DNA from: Chrysomallon squamiferum
Lineage: Eukaryota; Animalia; Mollusca
Length of the DNA: 64,000 bases
NCBI GenBank assembly: GCA_012295275.1
Contig: CM022671.1
Location: 15,376,001 to 15,440,000 of the forward strand
Direction: 5' to 3'
Made by a program: the position numbers and the translations under genes. Below, one piece after another: positions 26,790 to 40,790 of the stretch. The number at the start of each line of letters is the position of its first letter. The first letter of the stretch is position 1. Below the pieces are notes generated by a model that saw nothing but the letters and a program-made list of their open reading frames with translations, was not told where the DNA came from and did no database searches.

Positions 26790-27616
26790 GGCACAAAGAA
26801 CTGAATGCAGCTATAATTTGGACATTGGAAAAACCACTTCCCTGAAAGTTGTAGGTAATCTGTCGCCTCTGAGTCAAATCGATGCTTGCTGGTAATGATA
26901 CAGTGGGGCAGTGCTATTCATGACTGCATACTTAGGAGAAAAGAACAGCTGCACGATAATCACAGATACAATGGGACTTGCACCAGATACTGACTTGCAA
27001 CTCATCGCTGATGACACACCTTGTCGTTCATTCAGTCTGTTTTGCATGATGTTCTGTGCTTGTCGCGAGGTAATTTGCTGCAACAGAAATACTTTGTGAT
27101 TTGTCACACTGACTGTCAGCTGAACAATCCAGTTCCAAACCATTACAATTAGACCTTACGTGTAACAGCATACACACATGTTTAGAGATACTGAACCAAC
27201 AATAAATTTCAATAATTAATTATTTCTTATTTACATATTAGTTATTAGCCTATACCTAACATGATAACATATTAAAAGGCCAATAGAAACTTAATTTGAC
27301 TTGAAATAATCATATCTTTATCCTTTTATGGTTGCTATCTTGATTTATTTGTGTTTTATCCTGCAAAAAAACATGCTGCATTAGATTCTTTATAAAACAT
27401 GTAAAATGACCTTCCATTCATGTTTCTATCTGATCTGATAGGGGCAAAATATTCAGTGGCGGCCATCTTGACTTTAGCCTCATAGAACAAATTGCTCAAG
27501 GGCGTGAAGATGTCACCCGGCAGTTTGAGTACATGTATACTTTAAACATCAATTATCAACACTAAAAATAACTTTAGACTTCAGAACGAGGTTCCATAGG
27601 TACTTCAGCCGGACTA
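26790..27616 (+). mobile_element. Academ-like DNA transposon 3' remnant (Cys-rich C-terminus plus terminal sequence)
   Basis: Decayed AAIIW...GLAPDTDLQLI...C..FCMMFCAC...CCN resembles the C-terminal Cys-rich finger of XPG-containing Academ proteins. Downstream lie a GGCGGCCATCTTG motif and a ...gccggacta end, consistent with TAG...CTA termini. Confidence 0.5.
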
Positions 27617-27719
27617 TAAAACTTAAAGGTAATGCTTAATGTCATTACAAAAAATAACCCGAAAATCCCACCCCAAACCCCCCAAAACATGCTTGCTTTT
27701 AAATGGACATTTTACTATA

Positions 27720-27765
<46 letters not shown>

Positions 27766-28483
27766 TAAAACTTCGCATAGTTCAGTCTATTTGGACTACG
27801 ATGTTTTAGCGAGACGTTGTTTCAAAGGACGATCATATCAGCCAATTACGGAAATAATGGTGAAAATATGAAAACCAACGTTATTTTAAAATAATTTATT
27901 TATAATGAGGCAAATTTTATTGTGGTATTTATGTACGCTTGAAATTAACAACACAAACATATACAAATTTGATTCAGTAGTTTGTACAGTATAGCTCCAA
28001 ATCTTTTCGAATAATATCTAAGCTATCGATGTAAAAATCGTACAGAAACTACTCTATGACTTTAATTAATTTCATTATTTTTAAAATCTACTTACTCAGG
28101 AGAATTCTTCGAGTAGATCTCTGAGCTAAATTGCTTGACGATGTCTGTTCATTTTGCATGGATAATTGCTTGAATCGTAATTGGAAATCATTAACGCTTT
28201 CAAACAAATTATAGACTCCTTACCTTGAGCTCTCTCAGACTGAAACAGCTAAAATTTGAAATATCCAATTTCAAGGTCCAAAATAATCTGAATATTAATT
28301 GTATATTAATTGTTGTAAAATTAATAAATAAGTAGATAATAAAATAAAAAAGTAAAATAGAGTTACGAAAAGAGGAAATGAATTGGCAAAACAGACGTAT
28401 AAGATAAAATAATATTTAGATATTTTAAATAAAATTAAGGTTGAAACGAATAGATGTCGGACCTATGACACGATACACACATG

Positions 28484-28968
28484 CTGTTAACCCTCGATTT
28501 CACGGAGCTTGGTTTCCCGGATTACCTCGATTTTCGGGATTTTGGAAAATCCCTGCCAAATCTGGAAAAGTCATAAAATTGTAACTTACCGCCATATGCT
28601 ACTTTAAACCTTACCTCGAGGTTATTCAGTTATTCTGAGTCCCACTAAACGATCACGGCAAACCGTTCTAAATCCACTTTACATCAAGGGAAGAGTAAAT
28701 GTAACAGGTGCACGAAAACCCATCCTCAGCTAACAAACTTAACTCAGCCTGCCCTACATTTTTATATATACTGTATGGCATTTGTTTACATTGTTTTTAT
28801 GTCTGTATATTATCTTTACATTATTATATTATTATATTACACGGCTGTTATATGTACTAAAGTTTGATGTTTCAGTACATTTTAGCTTAATGTTTACATT
28901 TCCCAGACATTTCGTATTTTCCAGACCGGTACTCTTCCTTATTGGTCCGTGAAATCGAGGTCGAACGG
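28484..28968. mobile_element. Tc1/mariner-pogo-type MITE with terminal inverted repeats
   Basis: Left ctgttaaccctcgatttcacgga pairs with right tccgtgaaatcgaggtcgaacgg, which is followed by TA. Confidence 0.7.
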
Positions 28969-30483
28969 TACTTTCACAAAACATGGTATAACCTATACAT
29001 ATGATCACATGCATACGCATCTTGATAACAAGTAGAGGTAAAAATTAAAAGCAATAGAGAAATGTGTTTCTTACCGTGTTCTTTACTTTCCTTGACAAGA
29101 TCTCGTGGTATTTTCTGATGATATTGCTTCTCATTGCAAACGAACGAAAGTCCCACCGATCAGTTTAGTAGACCGACAAAGGCTTTCATCCGTGCGCAAC
29201 AAGAATCATACATTTTTATTTCTTCTCAAACCTTACGAAAGGAAAGAAAATAAATAAATGAATAAATAAATAAATAAAAAAAAAAAAAAAAAAAAAAAAA
29301 AATGACAAAATAATGAAAAGAAAGAAAGAAAAAAAATAAAACTACGAAATGACGTAATGATGATAATTGCAATAAAACAAAAGTCTTTAATATATATATA
29401 TAAGTAAAATTTTCAAATGACAACATGCTACAAATTCGCCACACTCCACCCTTTGACAATCTAAAATATAAATTAAGATGTGTGTTTTGAGGTGTGTTTA
29501 TTATTTTCGTGGTTCTCATTCTATTAGAGTAGACTGTTATTTCATTCTAAAAGTAACGACACTGCTTTTAAATTTGTTATAGTATTAACGGTTGAAAACG
29601 ATTTCATCATCTAGTGCTGCATATTTACTAGAAACACGTTATATTATGCTATAAAAAACATTATATATCTGATATTCATGTAATAATATAGTTATTTAAA
29701 TATATTTATGATTGTATTTGTGTCAGATATCGAAATTGCTTGAAACAGAGTTGGTTGTATTCTGTAATTATTTAGCCGTCTCATATACAACACAAAGGTA
29801 AGCAATGTATTTCCCATTGTCACATTTATTAATAATTTCTTTTTTAGTTACCAGGGTTATTAGTTTTCTCATTCGATTTTGCTGATTCATAACTACAGTA
29901 GTGTACAAAATATTTATAAAAATAATACGATTTCAAAAGAAAAATACGAATAATGTAGCCTACTAAAAGAAACTGAGTCAGGTAGATAATATTTATTAGT
30001 CATTTTATTTTGAAACGATCTTATTATTATGTAACCCATTTCACATACCCTTAAGAAGAAATATCTGTCATCCTCACGAGGGAACTGAACTCTGAAGGGA
30101 AGTTTGTTGGTACCATTTTTCAAAATACCTTTAAGAACCATTAATTTTTTTTAAAAAAAAATTTTATGGCTTTAGTCACTAATGAGATTATGAAATATTG
30201 GTTTAGAAGCTCTGTAAACAGTTATGTCTGATGCTAAATTTGAGTAAACTGCCACTTCATAATTGTGTGTAATTCTTTTGACATTATATTCTTACTATCA
30301 AGCACATACATCACCAAACAATTTTTATTTTTATTAGCTAACCGCGTTTCTTCTAGCCTTTTATATAACAAATAAAATTAGTATAAATGGAAATAATAAC
30401 TTAGTGTGAGAAGATCATTTGGATCTAGCAGAACTCTCACTAGAATTAGAATAACAGAAACTAAACACAGCTAAACAAGTGCG

Positions 30484-30580
30484 AAACTCAGACCGCTTCC
30501 CTATCGTAAACCAGCTAAAGGCAAAATGCAGAGAATTCAACTTCCCGCTCTGCATAGCATTCGGCGGCTATGCAAAGGCA
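30484..30580 (+). mobile_element. RTE-clade LINE reverse transcriptase fragment
   Basis: Translates as SDRFPIVNQLKAKCREFNFPLCIAFGGYAKA, resembling the RTE RT motif DHIxxxxQLxEKCREYNxPLxxAFVDYEKAFD. Confidence 0.75.
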
Positions 30581-32509
30581 CACACACACATATATATCTG
30601 TGTATATATAATACGAGATAACAGATGCAGATCGCATGTCACGGAAACGGAAACGATGCAAGCTGACGGAGGGATGACCTAGTCTGATACTAGCAAGTGT
30701 TGACCTGTAATGAAACTAATGCAGCTTCAGAAGTAATTTTACTCCTCATGACTTCAAAATTTTAATCAAAATCTGACATCTGGCTAAACTGTTCCAGTCT
30801 GTTACGGAACAAGCAAAGGAAGAAGATAATAGTGGCTATCCAGACCTCGTTGCTGTTTGCGAAGGGCTCCCACAACAGTTGAAATTTCGGGGCCTGTTCA
30901 CACAAACTTCTCTAGAGTTTTTTGGATTGGAACATTATTCCAAATTATTACGCATTATTCAAAAATATTATTTACGTTTTCTGTCATAACCGGAAATCAG
31001 CGATATTGTTTAAATCCACTTTTGTTTTTCTGAAAGTTTGCTTATATAATTTTTATTTTTAAAATCTATCTTCATCTTGTGTTAGGAATAATTTCTTTTA
31101 ATAACACGTGAATAATTTGTTTTATCTGTTGACGTGTAAGATAAAATAATATACGGACTCATAAGATCAAGGAAGTCAATTCAACCTATTAAGGTTATGG
31201 GTTTAACTCGAATGAAAGATAATTAATTATCATTCTTTGTTATCAGTCTCTTCCAGTAACGCAACTCTCTCAGTTTCGGGCTTTTTAAAGATTATTATTT
31301 ATGTTGTTGGTGATATTATAAACTGTAAGGTGACGAAAGGTACAAATGGTAGTCGATGTTATTTAGTTTAACCAGAAACCAATCCACAGTTAGAGATAAA
31401 ACTTGTAAATACAGAATATATCTAGTCTAAGCTTTTATTAGTATACAGCATGCATAACAGAATTAATAACCTATCATTTGACAATTCCACTATAGTTTTG
31501 CAATAGTTTATAATGTTTTGAAAACAATTTTATCTGTTCACGTCAACGATTTAGAATACAATATAGGACGAATAACAGAATTATTATTCGATATAACATA
31601 AATGTTTGTATATCCTAAAAATATTCCACTACCATATTTCACATATATATTAGTACCACTGTGATTTTATATTCATTCACAACTATTAGAGGACGAAAAT
31701 AATAATAAAAAATTAAAAATAAAGAAGAAGAAAGAAATCGATATAGGACACATGTTACATCTCGATGGAAGCGACAGATGTTGACAACAGCAACAAGTAT
31801 TTGAAGTTAACAATAAAATATTCGTTATCCGTACACGCAGTATTGTAAATTAAACATTCCTTTCAGCGCCCAGGCAGTTACTCTGAGCATGGAATACACG
31901 TCGATATAATCTGTCAGTAACTATATAATATTAGTAATTAAAATAAATCTGCACGTCGCTTTTCTCCAGCGAAGAGAACTTGTCTGACAATGGAGTTAAC
32001 AGATGTTTGTAGACATATATTTTATTATATTAAAACAACAGCAACAGCAATCCCAGAACACACTGCAATCCCTTGAATAATTATACTGATTATATTTTTC
32101 AGTTTGTTTATATAATTATAGACACACATTTTAACAAACGAAATTAGACATTATGTCTATTTTTAAATAATGTTTTGACTGACACTATATATATATGTGT
32201 ACATATACATATATATATATATATATAAAACGAATGTTAATTAACAAACAAAAGCTTAGATTTATATAAATGTTTTTAGTTTTTGTTTCCCCTCTTAATG
32301 TTTTTCACAAGTTTAGTTGTATTTAAAAATATATTACTTTTATTTCAGGATTTTTTAAAGTTTGTTTTTAAAGTCATGGTCAAGAATTACTGAATATAAT
32401 ATTAATAGAACGGTTTTGTTTAAGTCTTTTTTCAGTGTTTCTTTTTAATTTTTATTTTTATTTCTACGTTCAACGTTTTATCAGAATTTTATATTGTGAT
32501 AATTAAATT

Positions 32510-32511
<2 letters not shown>

Positions 32512-32584
<73 letters not shown>
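32512..32584. repeat. (GA)n microsatellite
   Basis: Near-perfect GA run. Confidence 0.97.
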
Positions 32585-32586
<2 letters not shown>

Positions 32587-32916
32587 TGAATGAAAAATCA
32601 CAGTTTTAATTTCTCATTTGACTACAGTCAAGTATGACTTTTTGAACGTATGTTTAAAGACACCCCAGCAAGAAAAATAAAAGGTAAAAAACTTGAATCA
32701 AGAAAACATCCAAAAGGTTGGCTTTTGCTGAATGCCAAAAATCTAACAAAACAATTATGGTATTAATTTTATATAAATATGGTAATATTATAATTTGATC
32801 GTAAGAACGAATTTAATAATAGTATTAAGTAGAACGCACTCACACACTCGCGCGCATACACACATGCATGTATGTTTAATTATTCAAGGAATGACAGTGA
32901 TTTTTGAGTTTTTATT

Positions 32917-32953
<37 letters not shown>

Positions 32954-34522
32954 CATTATTATATTATTTCATTTGTCATTCATTTATGAAAAAAAAAAAA
33001 TAAAGTTTCCAGTAGAATAATATTAGTTAAAATTGTATTTATATTTAGCGCATTATTCAGCTGTTTGTGATAAACACATACAGAGATTTGGAGAACGTAA
33101 AATATTTTTAAAACGATCAGATTCAGAATTATACTGATAAAATTATGAACGATGGATAAATACACAAATAAAATAATTACAAATCAAACAAACTGCTTTT
33201 TTTTTTGATTAACCTTAATTATAATTATTTATTATATTTGTTGCAGATTTTTCTTATTATAATTGTTTATCGATTAATTCTATTTCACATTCAGGTTATA
33301 CTGCAGCATGTTAAAATACGGAAACAAGGTAACCCATATGACAGGAATAGAAAAAAAATCATCTACATTAACAGTAAAGTTAATCATCTGTAACTGTTTT
33401 GTTAATATTGAAATATGTAATGTGCTGAACTTATGAAATAAACTGTATAAAAAAAGTAACATTTGGTAATTTTTTTTATATGCTCTGAAAAATTAAACAT
33501 TAGCATATATATAAATGATCATGCAACAGCTTGCCGAAAAAATAAAATATCCTGTTGCGGTTATGTTTTAAACAAGTAAAAAAATAATAACGATAAAACA
33601 CTATGTTTTTACCAATGCATACATTGAAAATATAAATAAATAAAATTCCTTTGATACTTACAGGCAAGCTAGGTACTCCTTCACATTGCTATTTTGTCCA
33701 TATCATTTTTGACGACATTTTTAAAAAGGACATTTGATTTTGAACTAGTTTGATTCTGTTTAGTGAACTTTAACATTAGTTTACAAATTAAGTACCTTAA
33801 AACTCCAAACAAACACTCTCAAGCATTAGGCAGGCAGACAGTTATTAATTATGATATATTCTGTAATGAAAAGATAATTATAATATGTCTGTTAAAAATC
33901 ATTTCAACTTAACATATGCTCTCACAGAGTTTTTAGATAACATACTTTGCAGACGATGTTCATTGAACGTTACGAAAAAAACGAAATATGAACAGGTACA
34001 AGAAAATGACAAGTCGCGGTCTTCTTACAGAATGTAAATTTAACTTACCAGCGAATTTTTCAACTTGCCATTCAAGCAGCATGTTGTTTCTAAATAAAGG
34101 ATATGCCAGCTTTTCATATTAAAGTGCCGCGACAGGACACGTGGCACATACTGAATATAGCTGACATTCTGTATTTAACAACGTAAAAATCGATAAATAT
34201 AAATTTCATGTTACAGCTGTTTACAGGCTGTCCAATATGATCGGTGAAATATCTTAATCTGGTCCAATATGAGCTAAAGGTCTGCTCTCATTAATATGCA
34301 GTGGTGAATATATTGATTAAAACAAAGAAAGTGAGATGCTATTGTTGCTAGTTTGGTAATTAACTCTCGTTATACACAGTCAAAATGAATAATCTCGTTT
34401 TATAATACAATTTTGATTATTATTTTATTTTTATTTATTTATTATTATTATTTTTTTTTTTTGTAACTGTCACACATTCTCCATGATAAATTCATTTAAC
34501 TGTATCTCGTTGTGGGTAGGTG

Positions 34523-34780
34523 CAGGGGTGTAGTTACGGAAAATGATGCCTAGCGCAAGCACTGAAATTGCACCCTAGCCAAACTCAACTTTCAGGTAAC
34601 TTCATTAAAAAAATCAGATTAAAAAAAAAAATAATAATAAAAAATATAAATAATAATAAGAAAACCCCCAGTAAACATAATATATATATATATATATATA
34701 TGTCTTGTTTAACAGAAAGTGCTCAGTGCATCCCCCCTCCAATACGTTCCATGCTTTGCCATATCTTAGCTATGCCCCTG
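34523..34780. mobile_element. hAT-type MITE
   Basis: Termini caggggtgtagtta and tagctatgcccctg. The flanking 8-mers ggtaggtg and agtaggag match at 6 of 8 positions, like a decayed 8-bp target-site duplication. Confidence 0.7.
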
Positions 34781-35353
34781 AGTAGGAGCATTGTTCATTG
34801 TGTGTGTGTGTGTGTGTGTGTGTGTTGTGTGTGTGTGTGTTTGTATATAAACGTGTTTGTGGGTGCGTGCGTATGTGTGTGTGTTTGTGTACTCGTATAA
34901 AACGTGCGGGAATTCTATGTCTTATTTATGTCAACAAATGCTTTATCAGATTGTTATTTTATTGCATGGTTTCCAGATCTAGATAAAAATAAATGTTGTG
35001 TTCACACAGCGTGTTATCGACGTTTCTCCTTGGGCCTTCCTATCGACAAATCTGCCGCAAACACCTGCCACACAACGTATCGGGACTTTATTAAACTTTC
35101 TTTGAAAACCATTTATTGGAACGATCTGATCTGATTTTATTGCAACATTCTCAGATGAGTAAATTACTCCAGGATATTAATAAATAATAAGTTTTTAAAC
35201 AAAGTGAACGTGGTTGTATGTTGTATTTTATAATTTTGTTATTCGACAAGTAATAGTGCAGGTATTTATAAGGATAGAAAAAAAAAAAAAAAAAATAAAA
35301 TAAACAAGAAAAAATATAAGAATACAAATAACGAACAAAAAAGAAGAAAAATA

Positions 35354-35391
<38 letters not shown>

Positions 35392-35553
35392 AGAAAAACT
35401 AAAATAATAAATAAATAAAAGAAGGTACTCCCCAAAAATAGAGGAATATAAAATTAGCAACTAAAAAAAAGTTTTTTGAGTTTAGGAATAAAAAAGAAGA
35501 AAAATAATAATAAAAAAATGAAAATAAATAAATAAAATAAATAAATAAAATGA

Positions 35554-35613
<60 letters not shown>

Positions 35614-35691
35614 AAGAAGAAGAAAAAAAAAAAAGAAAAGAAAACAAGAAAAGTGAAGCGAAAAAAATCTAATAAATAATAATAATAATCA

Positions 35692-35722
<31 letters not shown>

Positions 35723-36452
35723 AATAAAAACGAATTAAAAAAACAAATTAAAAATCTGGTTTCGATAAATACAAATTTTATCAGTTCAAATAATACGAAA
35801 ATTGATTATGTGTGTTGTTAAAATAATTGTATAGTCAAATAATTTCAGTGATACTAAGGTATTAGCTGTAGATGAAATATAACCTAATTTTAAATACAGT
35901 AAAAAAAATATTCTTACCAAAGTTAATGAAAATTATTTATAATTTTGTTTCTTGATTTCGCAATAAATGAATTCCGTACTATTTATATTATTTTTTGCTT
36001 CTTTTTTCTTTACTTTATCAATTAATAGAATAAAGAATATGATAACTGCAGTTGCATATTTCTGAGGAAATTACTAGTTTGTCATAAGAATTCGATGAAT
36101 GGCTTATTTTATTTGCAGTTTTCTCAAACGTCAGGTTTGTAAATCGCCTGGTCCTAATGAATGACCTTTTAGTCAGTTTAAGCTGTTATTATACAATTTT
36201 TGGAATTGGTAACTTTATTAATAGTATTTTTGTCTATAATAAGTCCATGCGTTAAAGTATAATGAAAAATTAAATAAATAATTTCATTAAAATTTCAAAT
36301 CTTAAATTAAACATCATAAATATTGTTTATTTGTTTATTATTTCGATTTTTAAAATTAGACTAGTGTAGGTTTCGTAATTGTGGATAAGATTGCCAAACG
36401 CAACTATTATGTAGTAAGTGCCGTAGAGGCCTGAAGAAAACTTGGTACATAA

Positions 36453-36493
<41 letters not shown>

Positions 36494-36528
36494 CAAAACA
36501 ACTACAAGAAGAACAAAAAACATACGCA

Positions 36529-36562
<34 letters not shown>

Positions 36563-37615
36563 AATAATAACCCCCCAAAAAACAACAAACCAACCAAAAG
36601 AACGCACAAAAACAAGTTCCCCGAACAAAAGAACAACAACAAAACAAAATAACTATAATAATAATAAAAAAAAAAAAAACAAAACAAACCAAAAAATAAA
36701 ATAAAATAAATAACAACAAAAAACAAATTAAATTAAAAAAATAAAAACATCAAAAACAAACTAATATAACCGTCATTTAGAATATACTAGATTCTGAATA
36801 TAGTGACAGAATGAGACAGAAAATAAACAAAATCGTCAAAATAGTAAGTTATAAATATTATCAGTGATTGGAAGGGAGAGAGCGGTTCTGTTTCATATGT
36901 TTCCAATGCAAATTATTTATTTATTTTGGTTATTTTTAATGTTACACTAAAAGACTAATTTTATTAAGAATAATTTTAGTAAACATCAAATGAAGAAAAA
37001 GAAGAAGAAGAAGAAGAAAAAGAAAATATTCTTCCAGATTTTGATGTTACAATAAAATTAAAAAAAAAAAAAAAATAAATATCCAAGGTAACTGTTTACC
37101 AGTTTACCATTACAGCAAGAAGAGTCAGTACTGCATAACATGAACCCAAAATTTTAGTTTAGTTTGAACAGAATCTGGTTTTTAGGAAACTGGATTTTAG
37201 ATCACCAAACTATTTCATGTATTTTAAGGAGAAATACTTTAATACAGTGTAATTTGTTGTAGCTTCTTCATTCATAAATCCTCCATGTTTTTGTTATGGT
37301 GACCATACAAAATGTCAAAATCATTTGTGTCTTGTTCATTTTGACTTTAGTCATTTCTGACATTGTGGTCTAAATATTTAAATAATTTCATTATGAAAGC
37401 ATATAAAAAAACCAAAATTACAACTCTATGATGAAATGGTAAACACTAGTAACCTGTGGCTGAGAATCCAGTTCTTATAGCACATAGGTTCATCAAGGTA
37501 CATTCACTAACACACACACATGCACAATACGACTGGATAAATAATCATTTAGAGGTCTGTTCAAGAATTAAATAACTGTTTGAAATTTTATCTAAATTTT
37601 CTTTTTGTGCAACAG

Positions 37616-39001
37616 AAAAAATTAGTTTGGAAACCAAGACCATTTCGCATTTTGGAAACTTTAACTCCGGGATTACCTATGGAATATTTTGATTTGCTCA
37701 GACAGTATTTACAAAAATTGTTACATCAGGATTGTGTGCTGATGCATGAATGTCAAGATTTGGATTCAGTAAAGGATCACTCCGATCCATTTACCTTGGA
37801 TGAAGTTGATATGGGTAAGCAGTTCAGTTTAGCTGAACATTTGCAACAGATTTGTAACAGAGTATTAAATGAGCGCTCTTTGAAACTGGTAATTAGTTTT
37901 GGTGAAATTTAGTTAAACTGTTAAACTTGCCTAATGTTTTAATTGTACAGAATTGATCTGTTGCAAAAAATGAGTACATATAGATTGAATCATATTTATA
38001 TATATATATATATTTTTTTTTTTCAGGTTTTCTGGAGACTCCATATTTTCTTGAACTTTTAAAAGAAAAAAACCAGTATGTGGAATTTTGTAAGGCTGCA
38101 CCTTTGTATTTAAATGTCATGTCCGGTAACAAACCTTACCGATTTTGTGAGATTATTGTTCATTCAGACAAAAAGTAAGGTTTTATTTCATATGTTACTG
38201 TTTTGGACTAGAAAAGAAATAAGTTATATTTGTGGTTTGTTACTGTTTTGGACTAGACAAATAAGTTCTGTTTGTTTATATGTTGCTGTTTTAGTCAAAA
38301 CAGAGAGTAAGTTACATTTGTTATAGGTTACTGTTTTTGACAAGACAAGAAATAAGTTATTTTTGTTTTATGTTCCTGTTTTGGACAAAACAAAAAGTAG
38401 TTATGTTGTTACTGTTTTGGACTAGACAAGAAATAGGTTATGTCTGTTACATGTTATGGTTTTTTGAGATTTTTTAACAAAACAAAAAGTAGTTACATTT
38501 TCAAAAAAAGTAAGGTATTATATTAACAGGGGGCTGGCATAGTCTTTAATTCTAATTGGACAGGCAATAGATGTCCAATACTAATTTTTTTAATATTTCT
38601 TTCCTCTGTTTTATCCTTGACTGTGATCCTGTTTAATTTCAGTGTTCCTTTAACTGTATCTGAAAAAAAAGTAAATAAAAATCTAATAATTGAAAAAAAA
38701 AAAAAAAAAAAAAAATAAATAAATAAATAAATAAGAGGCTATAAAAAATTTAGAGACAAATTAATAAGACTACAAAACATCACACTTTACAGGCTGAAGT
38801 ACAAAAGCTTTCATGACTTAATGGGCTTTCGGTTTGTATACGATGATGTTAATTCTCTATGTGGTTGCTTTATGGTTCTCTCTGAACTAAACAATATGGG
38901 TACAGATGCCAACTTTTTTGGAACTATTCTACAATCAGGTTAGAATTGTGGGATTTTATAGCAACAAGAATTTCTACACATTAATAATGGGACACACACA
39001 T

Positions 39002-39053
<52 letters not shown>

Positions 39054-40124
39054 ACTGCCCGTTTTTGTACATAAATTATTTCAACTCAAGTGGTACTGAT
39101 ACTTTAACATTTTCAGCTACATAAATTGAGTACAATTAATGTTTCAGGATCTAACCTTAAATCTATTGAAATGATTGTGGACAACACTGCTGATGTAGCT
39201 GCTGTAGATTCAATTGTTTTGTCATCATACAAGAAACAGCATCCAGATGAGGCAAATAAGTTGTTTGTGTTAAAATCACTTGGACCTATCCCTATATATC
39301 CAATTGTGTTCAATAAAAGACTTTCAGGTATTTTACTTCAAGTAGATAATGTTATTAAAATAAATCTTGTTAGTTATATTTATCCACATATAATAAGTAA
39401 CCCATCAAACACTTTTAAGGTTCACAAACTTTCTTAACTTTCACTTTTAAGCTGACATGTGTGATAAAATGAGAGATATAATTTTCTGATTATATATTTA
39501 GATTAATAATCATAAAGTAATGTACATAAATAGTCCATCCAAATGTTTTTGGTTAAAAAAACTGAAGAAACATTTTAAAAATGATTTTAATATTTCTAGC
39601 AACAGTAAAAAAAAATACATTGCCCATTAGCAAGATAAGAATAAGATTAATCAGTCATTATTTTACTGGGTTAAAGTCTCAGAAAAGAGAAAGAAAGAAA
39701 AATGAAAATAAACTGTAAAGTAGTATATCTGTAAGAATTACTGTATAAAGAACCAGAGAAATACAATACACACCATTTGGTGAATGAAATAGTTACCTGT
39801 GCTCCTGCAGATTTTGAGGCAAAGTAGATGCCCTGGTAATTAACAGGATATATAAAGGATAAAACTATTTATTTACTTTTTTGTCATTTTTGTTTTTACC
39901 ATAATGTATGTGTGATGGAAAAACAATTTTATTTTACTTCAGGTTGCGTGAAAAAAGCTATAACAAATGGACTCCTTGATATGAACAAAAAACCTGATTG
40001 GAAATCACGTCTATTAGAATTTGATGTTAATGGATTTGTGAGCACTGACCTTACTGATTTTGAAATGGAGTCTAAAATAAAAGAAACTGTCATATCTAAA
40101 ACTATTTCACCCACATATTACTGA
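37616..40124 (+). CDS. PhnD/phosphonate-binding (type II periplasmic binding fold)-like protein; first exon not located
   Basis: In-frame GT-AG exons 37616-37814, 38027-38174, 38793-38938, 39148-39327, 39943-40124. Motifs LTPGLPMEYF, DPFTLDEVDMGF, KPYRFCEIIVHSD, KSFHDLMG..F...DVNSLCG, QSGSNLKSIEMIVDNTADVAAVDS and SLGPIPIYPIVFNKRL match the PhnD-family layout. Confidence 0.8.
38150..38516 (+). repeat. Degenerate ~40-45 bp minisatellite starting at an exon/intron donor of the PhnD-like gene
   Basis: About 7-8 units like gttactgttttggactagacaagaaataagttatatttg. Confidence 0.85.
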
Positions 40125-40531
40125 AAATCATTAAATAATACTGAGATTGTAATTCATAAGAGATAACCAATTTGTGTTTAGGTTTCCATTACTTTCCTTT
40201 TTATTAATATTTCTGTTTACATTTTTAACAGAAGTCTGGATTTCTGGTATTTATTCTGCTTGGAAAGAAATTATATTCTTTATTTTTGCTGATGCTTACA
40301 AATAATTCTGGTTCACCTTTACAAGTTTCACATGAAACAAACATTAATCTCGTTTTCCTTCTGTTTTGAAACACAAAAATCTGTGATCAATATGTATTGT
40401 GAAGCCATTAAATTTCAGTATTTCAGAGTGTAAAAAATAAAATCTATAATAATACTTAGAATTTTAGAAGATTCTTTAACCCCCCCTTAAAAACAACAAC
40501 CAAAAAGAAACAAACAACAGAAATAGTAGTA

Positions 40532-40790
40532 CAGCTTGAAAATCCTTTATCCAAAATATTTGGGTCTGGTAGTGTTTTGGATTTCTGAATATAAGGAGAT
40601 TGCTTGAAAATAGAAACTAAATCTAAATATGAATTCCATTTACACAAATAGTTTGCAGGATGTTTTACATAATACTTTTAATAATTTTTTGAATAAAATA
40701 AAGCATGCAAAACAATCCAAAAACTAAGATAACTTTTTTTTTGGAGAAAGTTTTGAATTTTGGAATTTCAGATAAAGGATCCTCAACCTG
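40532..40790 (+). mobile_element. pogo/Tigger-like MITE (259 bp) downstream of the PhnD-like stop codon
   Basis: TIRs cagcttgaaaatcctttatccaaaat and atttcagataaaggatcctcaacctg, flanked by TA on both sides. Confidence 0.8.

Noticed and set aside
34568-36726. Many hydrophobic poly-F/I/L/Y ORFs here and elsewhere
   Set aside because: They are translations of poly-A/T and (AAT)n, (CA)n, (GAA)n microsatellites, not membrane proteins.
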